A stretch of 64,000 nucleotides of DNA from Promethearchaeota archaeon (GTDB lineage: Archaea > Asgardarchaeota > Lokiarchaeia > Sigyniarchaeales > SOKP01). Positions 49,912-59,126 of this stretch are shown piece after piece. The notes beneath the pieces were generated by a model. The model was not told the origin of the DNA. It saw only the letters and a program-made list of their open reading frames with translations, and did not search any database. The stretch lies in assembly GCA_016839705.1 (NCBI GenBank), contig JAEOTR010000019.1, forward strand, positions 32,001 through 96,000, given 5' to 3'. Position numbers and translations under genes: made by a program. The first letter of the stretch is position 1; each line of letters opens with the position of its first letter.

Positions 49912-51294
49912 TCAAGCTCTAGATTCTAAATATTTTCCATAATTCCATAAGCGAAATAAACTTATAGCAGCGGCTCTTGCAGAATCGTAAATCATTATTC
50001 CATATTCTCTAGCTTTAACATAAAACTCATCTATTAAATCAATAGTGTCTTTTCGGGCTCTAGAAATATTTAATAAACATATTATATTTTTATTTGAATC
50101 CTGTGATACAGTATTTGCAAAGCTTTTAACTACCTCATCCATAGTTAATTTTTCTGAGGTATACCATCCAGGATTAGTTGTAGTCAATATGGTAGATATA
50201 TGAGGTTCTTCACCAAGAATTTTCATAACCTTAATCATATTGGGATAACCCCCGTTAGCTCCAAATTCCAAAGGATTTGACAAGTTTGAATTTACTTCCG
50301 GGATAAAATCCCTTATTTTGTTCTGTCCATCTTCAGTTATTCTTGGTATCTTTAGACCGTAAGCCTCACACTCATCTGTTAACTCTACGGCGGGACCTCC
50401 ACCTCCTGTTAAAATAGCGGTATTACGATTTTTAGGAATTTTTAGAACTAAAACAGTTTGTATCATTTCTATTAACTCTTTGAAATTATTAACAAGGATA
50501 ACTCCTGTTTGATGGGCCATAGATTTCCACAATTTTATATTACCTGCTAAACCCCCTGTATGGCTCCTTACAGCGCTATGCCCTGCATTTAATTTACCTC
50601 CTTTCCATATTATCACAGGTTTTTCTTTGGTGGTTTCTTTTAGTAGCTTTACAAAATCACTTCCACCTCTCTTTAAGTTCTCTACATACATAGTAATTAC
50701 TTTCGTATCAGGATCGGATCGAAAGTAATTCAAGAAATCAAGTAAATCGAGATCAATCTGGTTTCCAAGAGAAACTATTTTTGAGAAATTATACCCACTA
50801 GCAATCCCCGTATATGCATGTCTATTAGCATTTCCCCCAGATTGACTTATAAAAGCTACAGGTCCACTTACTAATGAAAGTCTATGTGAAAAACCAATGC
50901 GACCCTTAGGATTATATATCCCCATACAGTTAGGGCCAAGGATGCGTATGTGATTTTCTATGGCTTTCTCTAACAGTTGCTGTTCAAGCAGTTTTCCTTC
51001 TTTACCTAATTCAGAATAACCACTGGAAAATAAATGAGCAAAAAGGACACCTTTTTGTCCTAATTCTTCGATAATTTGAGGAGTAAATTTAGCAGGAACT
51101 GCAACAATTCCAAGATCAATCGGTATATCATCCGGCAAAGACGAAATAGAACCATAAACCTTGAGTCCTTGAATTTCTTCCCCTTCATACTTTGGATTAA
51201 CAGGATAGATTGGACCTGAATATCCATATTCTTTAAAAGTTTCCAAATAATGAGATCCCCCCCAGCCTCTTCCTTTGCTAACACCCACAACCAC
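49912..51294 (-). CDS. ADP-forming acyl/acetyl-CoA synthetase alpha-like subunit (true start upstream of 51294)
   Basis: LFNPRAVVVVGVS (in frame upstream of the GTG), YPVNP, GPNCMG, SQSG, SLGN, SHTG (phospho-His), NPLE. Confidence 0.9.
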   Translation of the reverse strand: MVVGVSKGRGWGGSHYLETFKEYGYSGPIYPVNPKYEGEEIQGLKVYGSISSLPDDIPIDLGIVAVPAKFTPQIIEELGQKGVLFAHLFSSGYSELGKEGKLLEQQLLEKAIENHIRILGPNCMGIYNPKGRIGFSHRLSLVSGPVAFISQSGGNANRHAYTGIASGYNFSKIVSLGNQIDLDLLDFLNYFRSDPDTKVITMYVENLKRGGSDFVKLLKETTKEKPVIIWKGGKLNAGHSAVRSHTGGLAGNIKLWKSMAHQTGVILVNNFKELIEMIQTVLVLKIPKNRNTAILTGGGGPAVELTDECEAYGLKIPRITEDGQNKIRDFIPEVNSNLSNPLEFGANGGYPNMIKVMKILGEEPHISTILTTTNPGWYTSEKLTMDEVVKSFANTVSQDSNKNIICLLNISRARKDTIDLIDEFYVKAREYGIMIYDSARAAAISLFRLWNYGKYLESRA

Positions 51295-51513
51295 TACAGC
51301 ACGAGGGTTAAATAATCTCTCAAATGGGATGTGTTCTCTCTCAAAAGGGATATTTTTTCTTCTGATTTCTTCCTTTGATTTGAAATCAATATCTTTGCCT
51401 TCACATGTCGTAATAGTAATACACCAATTATTATTAACTCCTATTTCTAAAATTATGAATTAAGGATAAGTAAAAAATTTTGTTAAAAAAAAAGAGATTT
51501 TAAAAAAATTAAA

Positions 51514-52080
51514 TTACAGCTTGGATCCACAATTTGGGCAAAAACTACCGCTTATTTCTATTTTATGACCACAATAGACACAGTAATTCTTACCTTCAGT
51601 AGGTAAAGGGGATTCTAATTTTTTAGCTGGAGGAACATATTCAGTTGCTTGAGAGTATGTAATTCCTTGACCTAATATAATTTGTCCTGATTCAGAATTA
51701 AAACTATATTTTGCAACTCCTTTTCTGCGTAAGTCTTGTAAAACACGGAGGATATCTTTTGGTCTCATACCTATCTCTAATGCTATATGTTCGAGTTTGT
51801 GTGTACCTGTGAAGTTTCTTTGGATGAGAGCATTTTTGACTACTTGTTGATATTTATAATTTCGATAGACCTGTGTAAATCCCCCAATAAAGATAAAAAA
51901 GGCTGGAATAAAAAGCCAGTAACCCCAACTTGCTAAGCCTATAAACTCTATGTTATAACTTCTGAAAAACAATGATAATATTGCGACAAAGAGAAAAACA
52001 ATTGCGGTAGCAAATGTCCCAATAGCGGAAGTATAATCCTCTTTATAATAATATCTATGTTTATATTTTTCATCTGACAT
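51514..52080 (-). CDS. Membrane protein with PCI-like winged helix and C-terminal zinc ribbon
   Basis: Two TM helices; KLEHIALEIGMRPKDILRVLQDLRRKG...FNSESGQII; YCVYCG...FCPNCG. Confidence 0.7.
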   Translation of the reverse strand: MSDEKYKHRYYYKEDYTSAIGTFATAIVFLFVAILSLFFRSYNIEFIGLASWGYWLFIPAFFIFIGGFTQVYRNYKYQQVVKNALIQRNFTGTHKLEHIALEIGMRPKDILRVLQDLRRKGVAKYSFNSESGQIILGQGITYSQATEYVPPAKKLESPLPTEGKNYCVYCGHKIEISGSFCPNCGSKL

Positions 52081-52260
52081 TTTTTCAACAACTTCCTTAA
52101 ATTGAGTATTCTTTGATAAGGATTTATTCTTTATTATTTAAATTGTTTTAAGAGTCCGATCTTTAATGAATAATATAAACTGTTTACAAAATCGCTAGTT
52201 TCATTATAAAATGTGCATATTTAATATAATATAATTTAGGATCATGTTTAGAATAGAAGA

Positions 52261-53034
52261 TCATAACTCCTTTAACCAATCTGTATTTTTTTTCAAGTGT
52301 TCGTACTCATTAATATCTCCAAAATCTCCCCGAAATTGATTTTTAGCCATTTTTATAACTCTTACTTTCCATTGTTGCTTTGAAATACCAAAATTGATTG
52401 CTTCAGTTAATTCGATTTCTCCTCTTATTGAAGGTTTTAAATTTTTTAAAACAGTAAAAATAGCTTCTGATAAAATAAAAATTCCGCAATTATTAAGCTT
52501 CGATCTAAATTTACCTTTAGGAGGTTTTTCAGTTACCTCAATACAATATTTTCCTTCACAATTAACAATTGCACCTTTATAGGGATCATCTGTGTAATTT
52601 GTTACCATTATGTAATTTGGTTTTTCTTTTTTAAATGTCGTAACAACTTCATTGTAAACATGATAAGAAACTAAAATATCTCCCCAAGTTAGAAAAAAAT
52701 GACTTTCTTTTATCAGATCGTCACATAACAATAAAGCTCCTCCGGTACCATTTATTTCTGTTTGTTCGATGTATTCAATATTAATTCCCCATTTATTTCC
52801 ACCTTGAAAGTAATTAATTATTTGCTCCTTTAGGTAACCCACCACAATAATAAAATCTTTAAAACCTGCTTGGATTAATCCATTAATAATATATTCCAAT
52901 AGTGGCTTACCATGAACAGAAATCATTGATTTCTGGTATGTATTAGTATAAGGTTTCATGCGTTTACCCTGACCAGCGCTTAAAATAACTGCTTTCAGCA
53001 CAATTCGACTCCTTTCTTGGTTTTTATTAAACAA
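52261..53034 (-). CDS. Sugar-phosphate nucleotidyltransferase (GlmU N-terminal-like); probable start at the GTG near 53001
   Basis: KAVILSAGQGKRMKP, GTGGA, WGD, EKP, SIRGEIELT. Confidence 0.9.
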   Translation of the reverse strand: MFNKNQERSRIVLKAVILSAGQGKRMKPYTNTYQKSMISVHGKPLLEYIINGLIQAGFKDFIIVVGYLKEQIINYFQGGNKWGINIEYIEQTEINGTGGALLLCDDLIKESHFFLTWGDILVSYHVYNEVVTTFKKEKPNYIMVTNYTDDPYKGAIVNCEGKYCIEVTEKPPKGKFRSKLNNCGIFILSEAIFTVLKNLKPSIRGEIELTEAINFGISKQQWKVRVIKMAKNQFRGDFGDINEYEHLKKNTDWLKEL

Positions 53035-53269
53035 TAGTTATTACTATTAAAGAGCTCAATAAGATTTTTTGATATTATTATTCCTTTTGCTGCGAAGTAT
53101 ACAAAATTTCTATGAGCCCTAAGTTTGATCATTTTATAAAGTATAAGTATATTATTCTGGTATCACTGAAGTATTATAATTCTTTTTTTTTCAATTTAAG
53201 TAGATTATATTAATTTGGTAGAACAGTTTCAGTTCTATTGATTAGAAACGACCTACTTGGCTGAGATTA

Positions 53270-54022
53270 ATGATTTGTGACGTTTTGATAATAAAAGATG
53301 GTTTACCGTTGCTATCTAAGAGTTTTTCTAATTCTTCTAATGTCAAAAATATGTTCTCAGAAATAGATAATCTAATAATGGTATCTGGATTTTTCTCCGC
53401 ATTGAATTCATTTTCAAACTCCTTCGAATCACTCGGATGCATAAGTGAGTTGAAGATGGATAATTCTAATTTAAAATTATCTTTTTTAAGGGACCCACAC
53501 GTCCCAGAATTGATTTTTCTAGCTACATTTGATAGTGACTCAGATGTAAAAAGCGTTAAAAGCTTTTTAAAAAAAATTTCAACCCTCTTTTTCGAAAAAT
53601 TTGATATTAATCAAATTGCAAAATGGAATGGAAAATTAGATAGTTTTAAATCTTTTGAGAATATAATCGAAGAATGTATGAATGAGAATGAAACAGTTAA
53701 ACATACTCAGCAAAATACCAAAGCATTTGACTGGTTAACAAGTTTTGAAACAGTTGATATTGTTAAAACTGAAGAAGAACTTGAAGTAAGTACTCCAGAT
53801 CCTGAATTCTATAACTTTATCCCATGTTTTGAGGGCTCTGGTTCAAAAATTATAAATCCTAAAAATTACCTCACAGGAGATACTTCTTATAAAGTATATG
53901 ATAAAATTGATGGGAAGAAAACAATCAACCAGATTACGAAAGAACTAGATAATCTTGATCAAACCAAAGTGTATAACATATGTAAAAATCTTGTTAAAAT
54001 GGGATTTATCTCTTTTAACTGA
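53270..54022 (+). CDS. Longin-like domain protein with C-terminal winged helix
   Basis: VLIIKDGLPLLSKSF...MVSGFFSALNSFS...LIFLATFD; C-terminal IDGKKTINQITKEL...CKNLVKMGFI. Confidence 0.72.
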   Translation: MICDVLIIKDGLPLLSKSFSNSSNVKNMFSEIDNLIMVSGFFSALNSFSNSFESLGCISELKMDNSNLKLSFLRDPHVPELIFLATFDSDSDVKSVKSFLKKISTLFFEKFDINQIAKWNGKLDSFKSFENIIEECMNENETVKHTQQNTKAFDWLTSFETVDIVKTEEELEVSTPDPEFYNFIPCFEGSGSKIINPKNYLTGDTSYKVYDKIDGKKTINQITKELDNLDQTKVYNICKNLVKMGFISFN

Positions 54023-54117
54023 TTTTTTTACCACAAAGGCTATTTTTTTATTATTTAATATTAAAATTAACATTTTCTTATTACAAACAAATAAATATTT
54101 ACAAAATTTTGTAATGG

Positions 54118-54870
54118 TTGAGTAAAAATTTACAATTATATGAGTTTTGGTGTAATAAGATTTCTCTAACAAATTCCGCGGAATTTAAGTCGACTTCAAT
54201 TGATGTCCTGATTGATAAACTTAAAGAAACCACTGGATTGAAATTTGATCAATATCAAAGGCAGTTTATTGAGAAAAGAATCTCCTTTCGGATGAAGAAT
54301 CTCAAAATAGATTTGTATCAGGACTATATTGAATACATTCGTAAAAATCCTATCGAAGTTGATTTATTTTTAGATAAATTTACAATCAATTATACTTATT
54401 TTTTCAGAAATCTTAGTGTTTTTGAGAATTTTGAGAAATTTATTAAATTCTATGTTAAAAGTAATAAAAAGGAAGTCTTAAAGATTTGGTCTGCCCCGTG
54501 TGCAACCGGTGACGAACCTTATACACTCGCAATGATACTAGATAATTTAAAAAAGACAAATACAAATTTCCCTGATTTTAAAATATTTGATTCTGATATT
54601 GATACTAATGCACTTAAAATAGCAGATGAGGGGATTTACGGAGAATATGCTGTGCATGAAATGCCAAAACATTACTTAAATGCTTATTTTTCAAAAGAAA
54701 TTAATGAACTTGGTCCAAAATTTACGCTTAGCAATGATATTAAGAACAAAGTCGAATTCATTCAGGAAGACATTATTAGGGAACATAAAACAAAAAATGT
54801 TTATGATGTGATCTTTTGTCGAAATTTCTTTATTTATATTAATCACCATGCTCGTGAAAACTTGTTGTGA
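54118..54870 (+). CDS. cheR: CheR-type protein-glutamate methyltransferase domain, truncated by the TGA
   Basis: TINYTYFFRN, IWSAPCATGDEPYTLA, SDID, YDVIFCRN. Confidence 0.85.
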   Translation: MSKNLQLYEFWCNKISLTNSAEFKSTSIDVLIDKLKETTGLKFDQYQRQFIEKRISFRMKNLKIDLYQDYIEYIRKNPIEVDLFLDKFTINYTYFFRNLSVFENFEKFIKFYVKSNKKEVLKIWSAPCATGDEPYTLAMILDNLKKTNTNFPDFKIFDSDIDTNALKIADEGIYGEYAVHEMPKHYLNAYFSKEINELGPKFTLSNDIKNKVEFIQEDIIREHKTKNVYDVIFCRNFFIYINHHARENLL

Positions 54871-55161
54871 AATCTAGATAAAAGGATACATGAGAGTGGT
54901 TTATTAGTATTAGGAGGTTCTGAGAATATACCAAGGGAAAATTCAGTTTTTAGTACCCTCAGTATTAGAGACCATTTTTATATCAAAAACTTATTCAATA
55001 AGTCTGAATCCTATAAAAATGCATTAACTTCTCTCTTTCCAAGACAGAATATAAATAGATCTACAAAAAACTATTCTCTTTCAAAAAATCTTACTGGGGT
55101 AAAAGAAATAAAAAAGAATTCTAAAATTCTCCCTAAAATTAACAAAATTGCTAAAACTATA

Positions 55162-56247
55162 ATGAAAAATGAGAAGGTCAACAAAGAAAAGAAATTGGGA
55201 GAGTCTGAACCAACAAAAGCATCTGAATCCACTGAAGTTAAAATCACAGGACTTGTGGTTAATAATGGAATTAAAAGTCAATTCCCAGATACTAAGCGGT
55301 CTTCTTCCTTAGAACGCGTGGAGAATTTCAATAAAAATCAACACAAAAAATTAAAACAAAGGGAATTACTCCTCAAACAGCGAGAAATAAATATCGAATA
55401 TAAAATAAAACATTTAGAAGACCAATTCAAAATTTTAGAAAAGGAACGAAAAGAAGTGAAAGAGCTCCTTTATGAAACAAATAATAAAGATAAGGACATC
55501 ACAAATCGTTTATTAGTTTTAGAACGTGTTTCAAGACAAATTGAGCAAAGAGAGAGAAGTTTAAAACTAAAAGAAGAACAATTAGAAAAACGATTAGTTA
55601 AGATGGAACAATATTCTAAAAATATGCTCCAACAAGAGCTTCAAATAAAAAATATTTCGAAAGAACTAGATAATCTCGATGAAACAGAAAGAGTTTTTTC
55701 CCTTTATGAAGAAAGAAGAATGGATCAAGTGAAGAATCCTAAAAATAAGAAAGAATTAACAATCAAGATAGGATATTATAGCTTAATCCATTCATTTGAT
55801 CAAAATACAACTGCAACAAAATTTAGGATCAAAGGTCTTGGTTCAGGCATTGGTTTAATTCTAAGAGATCCAAAAAATCATGTGTTTGCCATGTCTCATA
55901 TTTCACTACCAAGCTCATTGGCCTCAAAACAAGGATATCATTTACTTTTTCCACATACATTTGCAGACACATCAGCGAAAGATTTACTTAATAATTTATT
56001 ATACAATGGTGCTAATAGAGTAAATATTAAAGCTTTTATTGTCGGTGGGGCAAAAATATTTTTAGATTATGATATGACTTATCAAGAGAATATTGATACT
56101 GTTAAAAAGGAATTACAATCGTTAAAAATTGAAATAGAGGCTGAAGATGTCGGAGGATTGAGTGAAAGATCTGTAATTTATGATACTATTAATGATTCCC
56201 TCTTTGTTAAGAAATCTTGGGAATTTCAGTATAGAAAAATCGTTTAA
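55162..56247 (+). CDS. cheD: Coiled coil + CheD-like domain (C-terminal part of the fusion)
   Basis: GLGSGIG, AMSHISLP, FADT, KAFIVGGA, AEDVGG..RSV. Confidence 0.8.
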   Translation: MKNEKVNKEKKLGESEPTKASESTEVKITGLVVNNGIKSQFPDTKRSSSLERVENFNKNQHKKLKQRELLLKQREINIEYKIKHLEDQFKILEKERKEVKELLYETNNKDKDITNRLLVLERVSRQIEQRERSLKLKEEQLEKRLVKMEQYSKNMLQQELQIKNISKELDNLDETERVFSLYEERRMDQVKNPKNKKELTIKIGYYSLIHSFDQNTTATKFRIKGLGSGIGLILRDPKNHVFAMSHISLPSSLASKQGYHLLFPHTFADTSAKDLLNNLLYNGANRVNIKAFIVGGAKIFLDYDMTYQENIDTVKKELQSLKIEIEAEDVGGLSERSVIYDTINDSLFVKKSWEFQYRKIV

Positions 56248-56291
56248 GTTTTTTTTTATAGATAACAGTATAATTGATAATGACAAAAAAA

Positions 56292-57236
56292 TTAGTATTT
56301 GAAAATATCAAAAATCCAAGCTTTCCCCCCAGCATTATTGATAGCTTGAGCAACTTCTTTCTGTTTTCGAGGTGCTATTGCCACTATGCATCCTCCTCCT
56401 CCCGCACCCATTTGTTTCACACCTAAGGCCCCTGCATTCATTGCTGCGTTACATAGTTCTAAAATCTTTTTTGTATCGGCTTTCAGAATTCCTTCCTGTT
56501 TTTGCTGTAAATTCATTAATTCACCTAACTTTGAATAGTCTCTTCTTAATATAGCGTCTCTCGCTTGATACACGCAATTTTCAATTACGTTAAAAGCTTC
56601 TAATGTTATTGGATCTTTCTCCTTAATTTGATTTTTCACCCTATTTAATATAGAGGACGATTTCCTTTCTTCCAGAGAATCTCCAACGACTATAGGTAAT
56701 TCATCGATGTCTAAATATTCAACACTTGGATTTTCATGAGTTTGAATAAAGACAATGCCACCAAATGTCTCGGTATATTGATCAAGGCGACCGCATTGAA
56801 TATCTAGATCAATATTCTCTCCTAGATACGCTAATTCTGCGATTTCTTTTTTTGAAAGTTTTAAATCATACGCTTGATTTATAGCTTTAATAAAACCAAT
56901 AGATAAAGCTGCTGATGTAGATAATCCTGCTCCAATGGGAATATCAGAATCTACTTCTAAAGAAAAGCCTTTTTTTATGTATTTTCTTAATCTCTCATAA
57001 AGCACGCTCCAGTAAGAAAGGTCTATATTTGTTGGGGGAGATTCACCTACCTTAAATTTAGTTCTTTCTTTTGTGTTATTACTATAGAATTCGATCATAT
57101 CATCCTTGTTTTCTTCATAGTTGATAGTCATCATTAAGTTTATAGCCATTCCTATAACAGGTTTACCTAAAAGATCAACCTTATCACCCATTAGACAAAT
57201 TCGACCGGGGACCTTTACAGTAATATTTTTCTTCAC
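56292..57236 (-). CDS. GHMP kinase (mevalonate/galactokinase-like)
   Basis: VPGRICLMGD, IPIGAGLSTSAA, CGRLDQ, GAGGGGC. Confidence 0.9.
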   Translation of the reverse strand: MKKNITVKVPGRICLMGDKVDLLGKPVIGMAINLMMTINYEENKDDMIEFYSNNTKERTKFKVGESPPTNIDLSYWSVLYERLRKYIKKGFSLEVDSDIPIGAGLSTSAALSIGFIKAINQAYDLKLSKKEIAELAYLGENIDLDIQCGRLDQYTETFGGIVFIQTHENPSVEYLDIDELPIVVGDSLEERKSSSILNRVKNQIKEKDPITLEAFNVIENCVYQARDAILRRDYSKLGELMNLQQKQEGILKADTKKILELCNAAMNAGALGVKQMGAGGGGCIVAIAPRKQKEVAQAINNAGGKAWIFDIFKY

Positions 57237-57310
57237 ACTAAGAGAACCTCAATAAAAAGCTATATATTCATAGGGTAAATAATCCAAAATCGATAAAAAA
57301 AGTAACTCGT

Positions 57311-57616
57311 TTATGTTTGTTTCCTTTTTAGTTGAGCTTTTTTTCTTTTACGATCCATTTCTTTAATTTGTTCTTCTAATCCACTTAACTGCGAATCAGC
57401 TTTTCCCTCCAGTTTAAATCGTCCAAAAATTTTACTTTCTTCATGGTCACCTGTCTTCGAGATTTTTTCAAAAGATAGATCTATCGGTAATTCTTGATTT
57501 AAGGCTAAATTTATAAAGTTAATAAAACCAATATGCTTACTTGGACTTATTGGAAATTTTATACTTATCTCTTTATTTTTCTTAGTTTTCGTTTTTAAAA
57601 TTAATCTTAACTTCAA
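57311..57616 (-). CDS. Hypothetical protein
   Basis: 101-aa basic ORF filling an intergenic gap. Confidence 0.55.
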   Translation of the reverse strand: MKLRLILKTKTKKNKEISIKFPISPSKHIGFINFINLALNQELPIDLSFEKISKTGDHEESKIFGRFKLEGKADSQLSGLEEQIKEMDRKRKKAQLKRKQT

Positions 57617-57769
57617 CGATTTTCAATCTCTTTATTGTTTATATTGTTTAAGTGAATTAATTATATATTTAAAATAATTAAAATAAAAAAACTATGTTAT
57701 TTTATAAAGTGAAATATATTTTAATTTAACTCACTTAAGAGTTTGAATTAATCATAGTAAATATGTAAA

Positions 57770-58402
57770 TTGCCATCTAAATACCGATTAAGATATATTT
57801 TTAAACCATTTGTAAAGCTGGTAGCGAAAGGTTTAATTAAAATTGGAGTTTCACCAAATCTAGCTACCGTTATAATGCTCTGTTTTTCGATCTCAAGTTA
57901 TATATCAATTGGATTTTATCAAAATCTTCTATTATTTTCCATTTTAGTGTTTATTACGGGGATAATGGATGGATGTGATGGAGCAATTGCTAGATTGACT
58001 AATAAATCTACAAAATTCGGGGCTTTTTTTGATTCGGTCATGGACAGAATTTCAGAGTTTTTTATATTTTTAGGATTGTATATTTATAATCAAAATCGAT
58101 TCCTTTGGAATATAATTGACATGAAATTGATAATATTCATTACTTTTTTAGCCTCAATAATGATCAGTTATACAAGAGCACGAGCCGAAAATTTTTTTAA
58201 AGGAGATTTTGATATAGGTCTTATGGCTCGGTCTGAGAGATTGTTTTATTTAGTTATAACGATGATAATTTCTTTTTTTTTTAATTTTGTTAATGAATTT
58301 CTTTTCATATTCATGTGGCTTGTATTAAGTACCTTTATTTTTAGAATGATAAAAATATATCATTTAATGAAAGGAATACAATTTTCAAAATTAGCAGATT
58401 AG
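57770..58402 (+). CDS. CDP-alcohol phosphatidyltransferase (archaetidylinositol phosphate synthase-like)
   Basis: SPN..T, DGCDGAIAR....TKFGAFFDSVMDR, SYTRARAE, R.ER. Confidence 0.92.
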   Translation: MPSKYRLRYIFKPFVKLVAKGLIKIGVSPNLATVIMLCFSISSYISIGFYQNLLLFSILVFITGIMDGCDGAIARLTNKSTKFGAFFDSVMDRISEFFIFLGLYIYNQNRFLWNIIDMKLIIFITFLASIMISYTRARAENFFKGDFDIGLMARSERLFYLVITMIISFFFNFVNEFLFIFMWLVLSTFIFRMIKIYHLMKGIQFSKLAD

Positions 58403-58415
58403 AATAATTTTTCAA

Positions 58416-59126
58416 TTACTTTTTAGTAAATTCAATTCTCAATCGATCTCCATCTTTTAATTTTAACTTCTCTCTCAAGTAATCTTCTGCAAGAATTTCA
58501 ACGATATTTTTCTTATGATGAGTCCTTTTTATTTTTAAAATAGCTGAATCTACTTTAACATCTTGGTTGTCTAATCGTGAAACAGAACAAATGAAACAAT
58601 CTACAGCACCATATGTACGTCCTAACTTATTGTCTTCAAAACCTTCAATTCTCACAGGTATTTGATTTTTTAGATTTTCTTCTAATAGTTCCTTATTGAG
58701 ATCGCTTAATTGTATATTTAACGTTCCAAAATATGGTTTAAATCCAAGTTTTTCCTGAAATTGTGCTAAATAACCTGGAATTCTAACATAATATCCACCC
58801 TCTTTCATTCCTTCAGTGACTTCGCCAACAATTAGAATTTCTTCTAAAATTTGTCTTAAATTTTTGTACATGGCAAGGATTACATCTGCTCCTTTCTTGG
58901 TGATTCTTATTACTTGATCTTTTCCAATAATTTTTCTCTGAATCCAGCCGATTTCTTCCAAATCATTTATTCGACGAGAGGCCGTTTGTTGGGATAAATT
59001 TAAAATCTTCCCAAACTCAGTACTGCTGATATGTATAGCCTTTTGACTTCCTATATTTTGACAAAGATGATAAAGGGCGAACCAATTAGCATAATTATCT
59101 TGAGAAATTTCCTTATTCAATTTCAT
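58416..59126 (-). CDS. ribK: CTP-dependent riboflavin kinase with N-terminal HTH
   Basis: SQQTASRR HTH, GEVTEGMKEGGYY, PYFGTLN, RTHH, LREKLKLKDGD. Confidence 0.92.
   Translation of the reverse strand: MKLNKEISQDNYANWFALYHLCQNIGSQKAIHISSTEFGKILNLSQQTASRRINDLEEIGWIQRKIIGKDQVIRITKKGADVILAMYKNLRQILEEILIVGEVTEGMKEGGYYVRIPGYLAQFQEKLGFKPYFGTLNIQLSDLNKELLEENLKNQIPVRIEGFEDNKLGRTYGAVDCFICSVSRLDNQDVKVDSAILKIKRTHHKKNIVEILAEDYLREKLKLKDGDRLRIEFTKK

Larger units (their letters stand above)
54118..56247 (+). pseudogene. CheR-coiled-coil-CheD fusion interrupted by an in-frame TGA at 54868-54870 (pseudogene, readthrough or sequence error)
   Basis: The frame continues without stops from 54871 (NLDKRIHESGLLVLGGSE, the CheR C-terminal motif) into the ORF at 55162; the offset is 291 nt, so the two are in frame. 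Confidence 0.75.

Noticed and set aside
54868-56291. Selenocysteine as the explanation for the CheR TGA
   Set aside because: The site is not a Cys-equivalent or redox position, and no SECIS-like stem-loop is visible in the short 3' gap. Kept only as a minor alternative.
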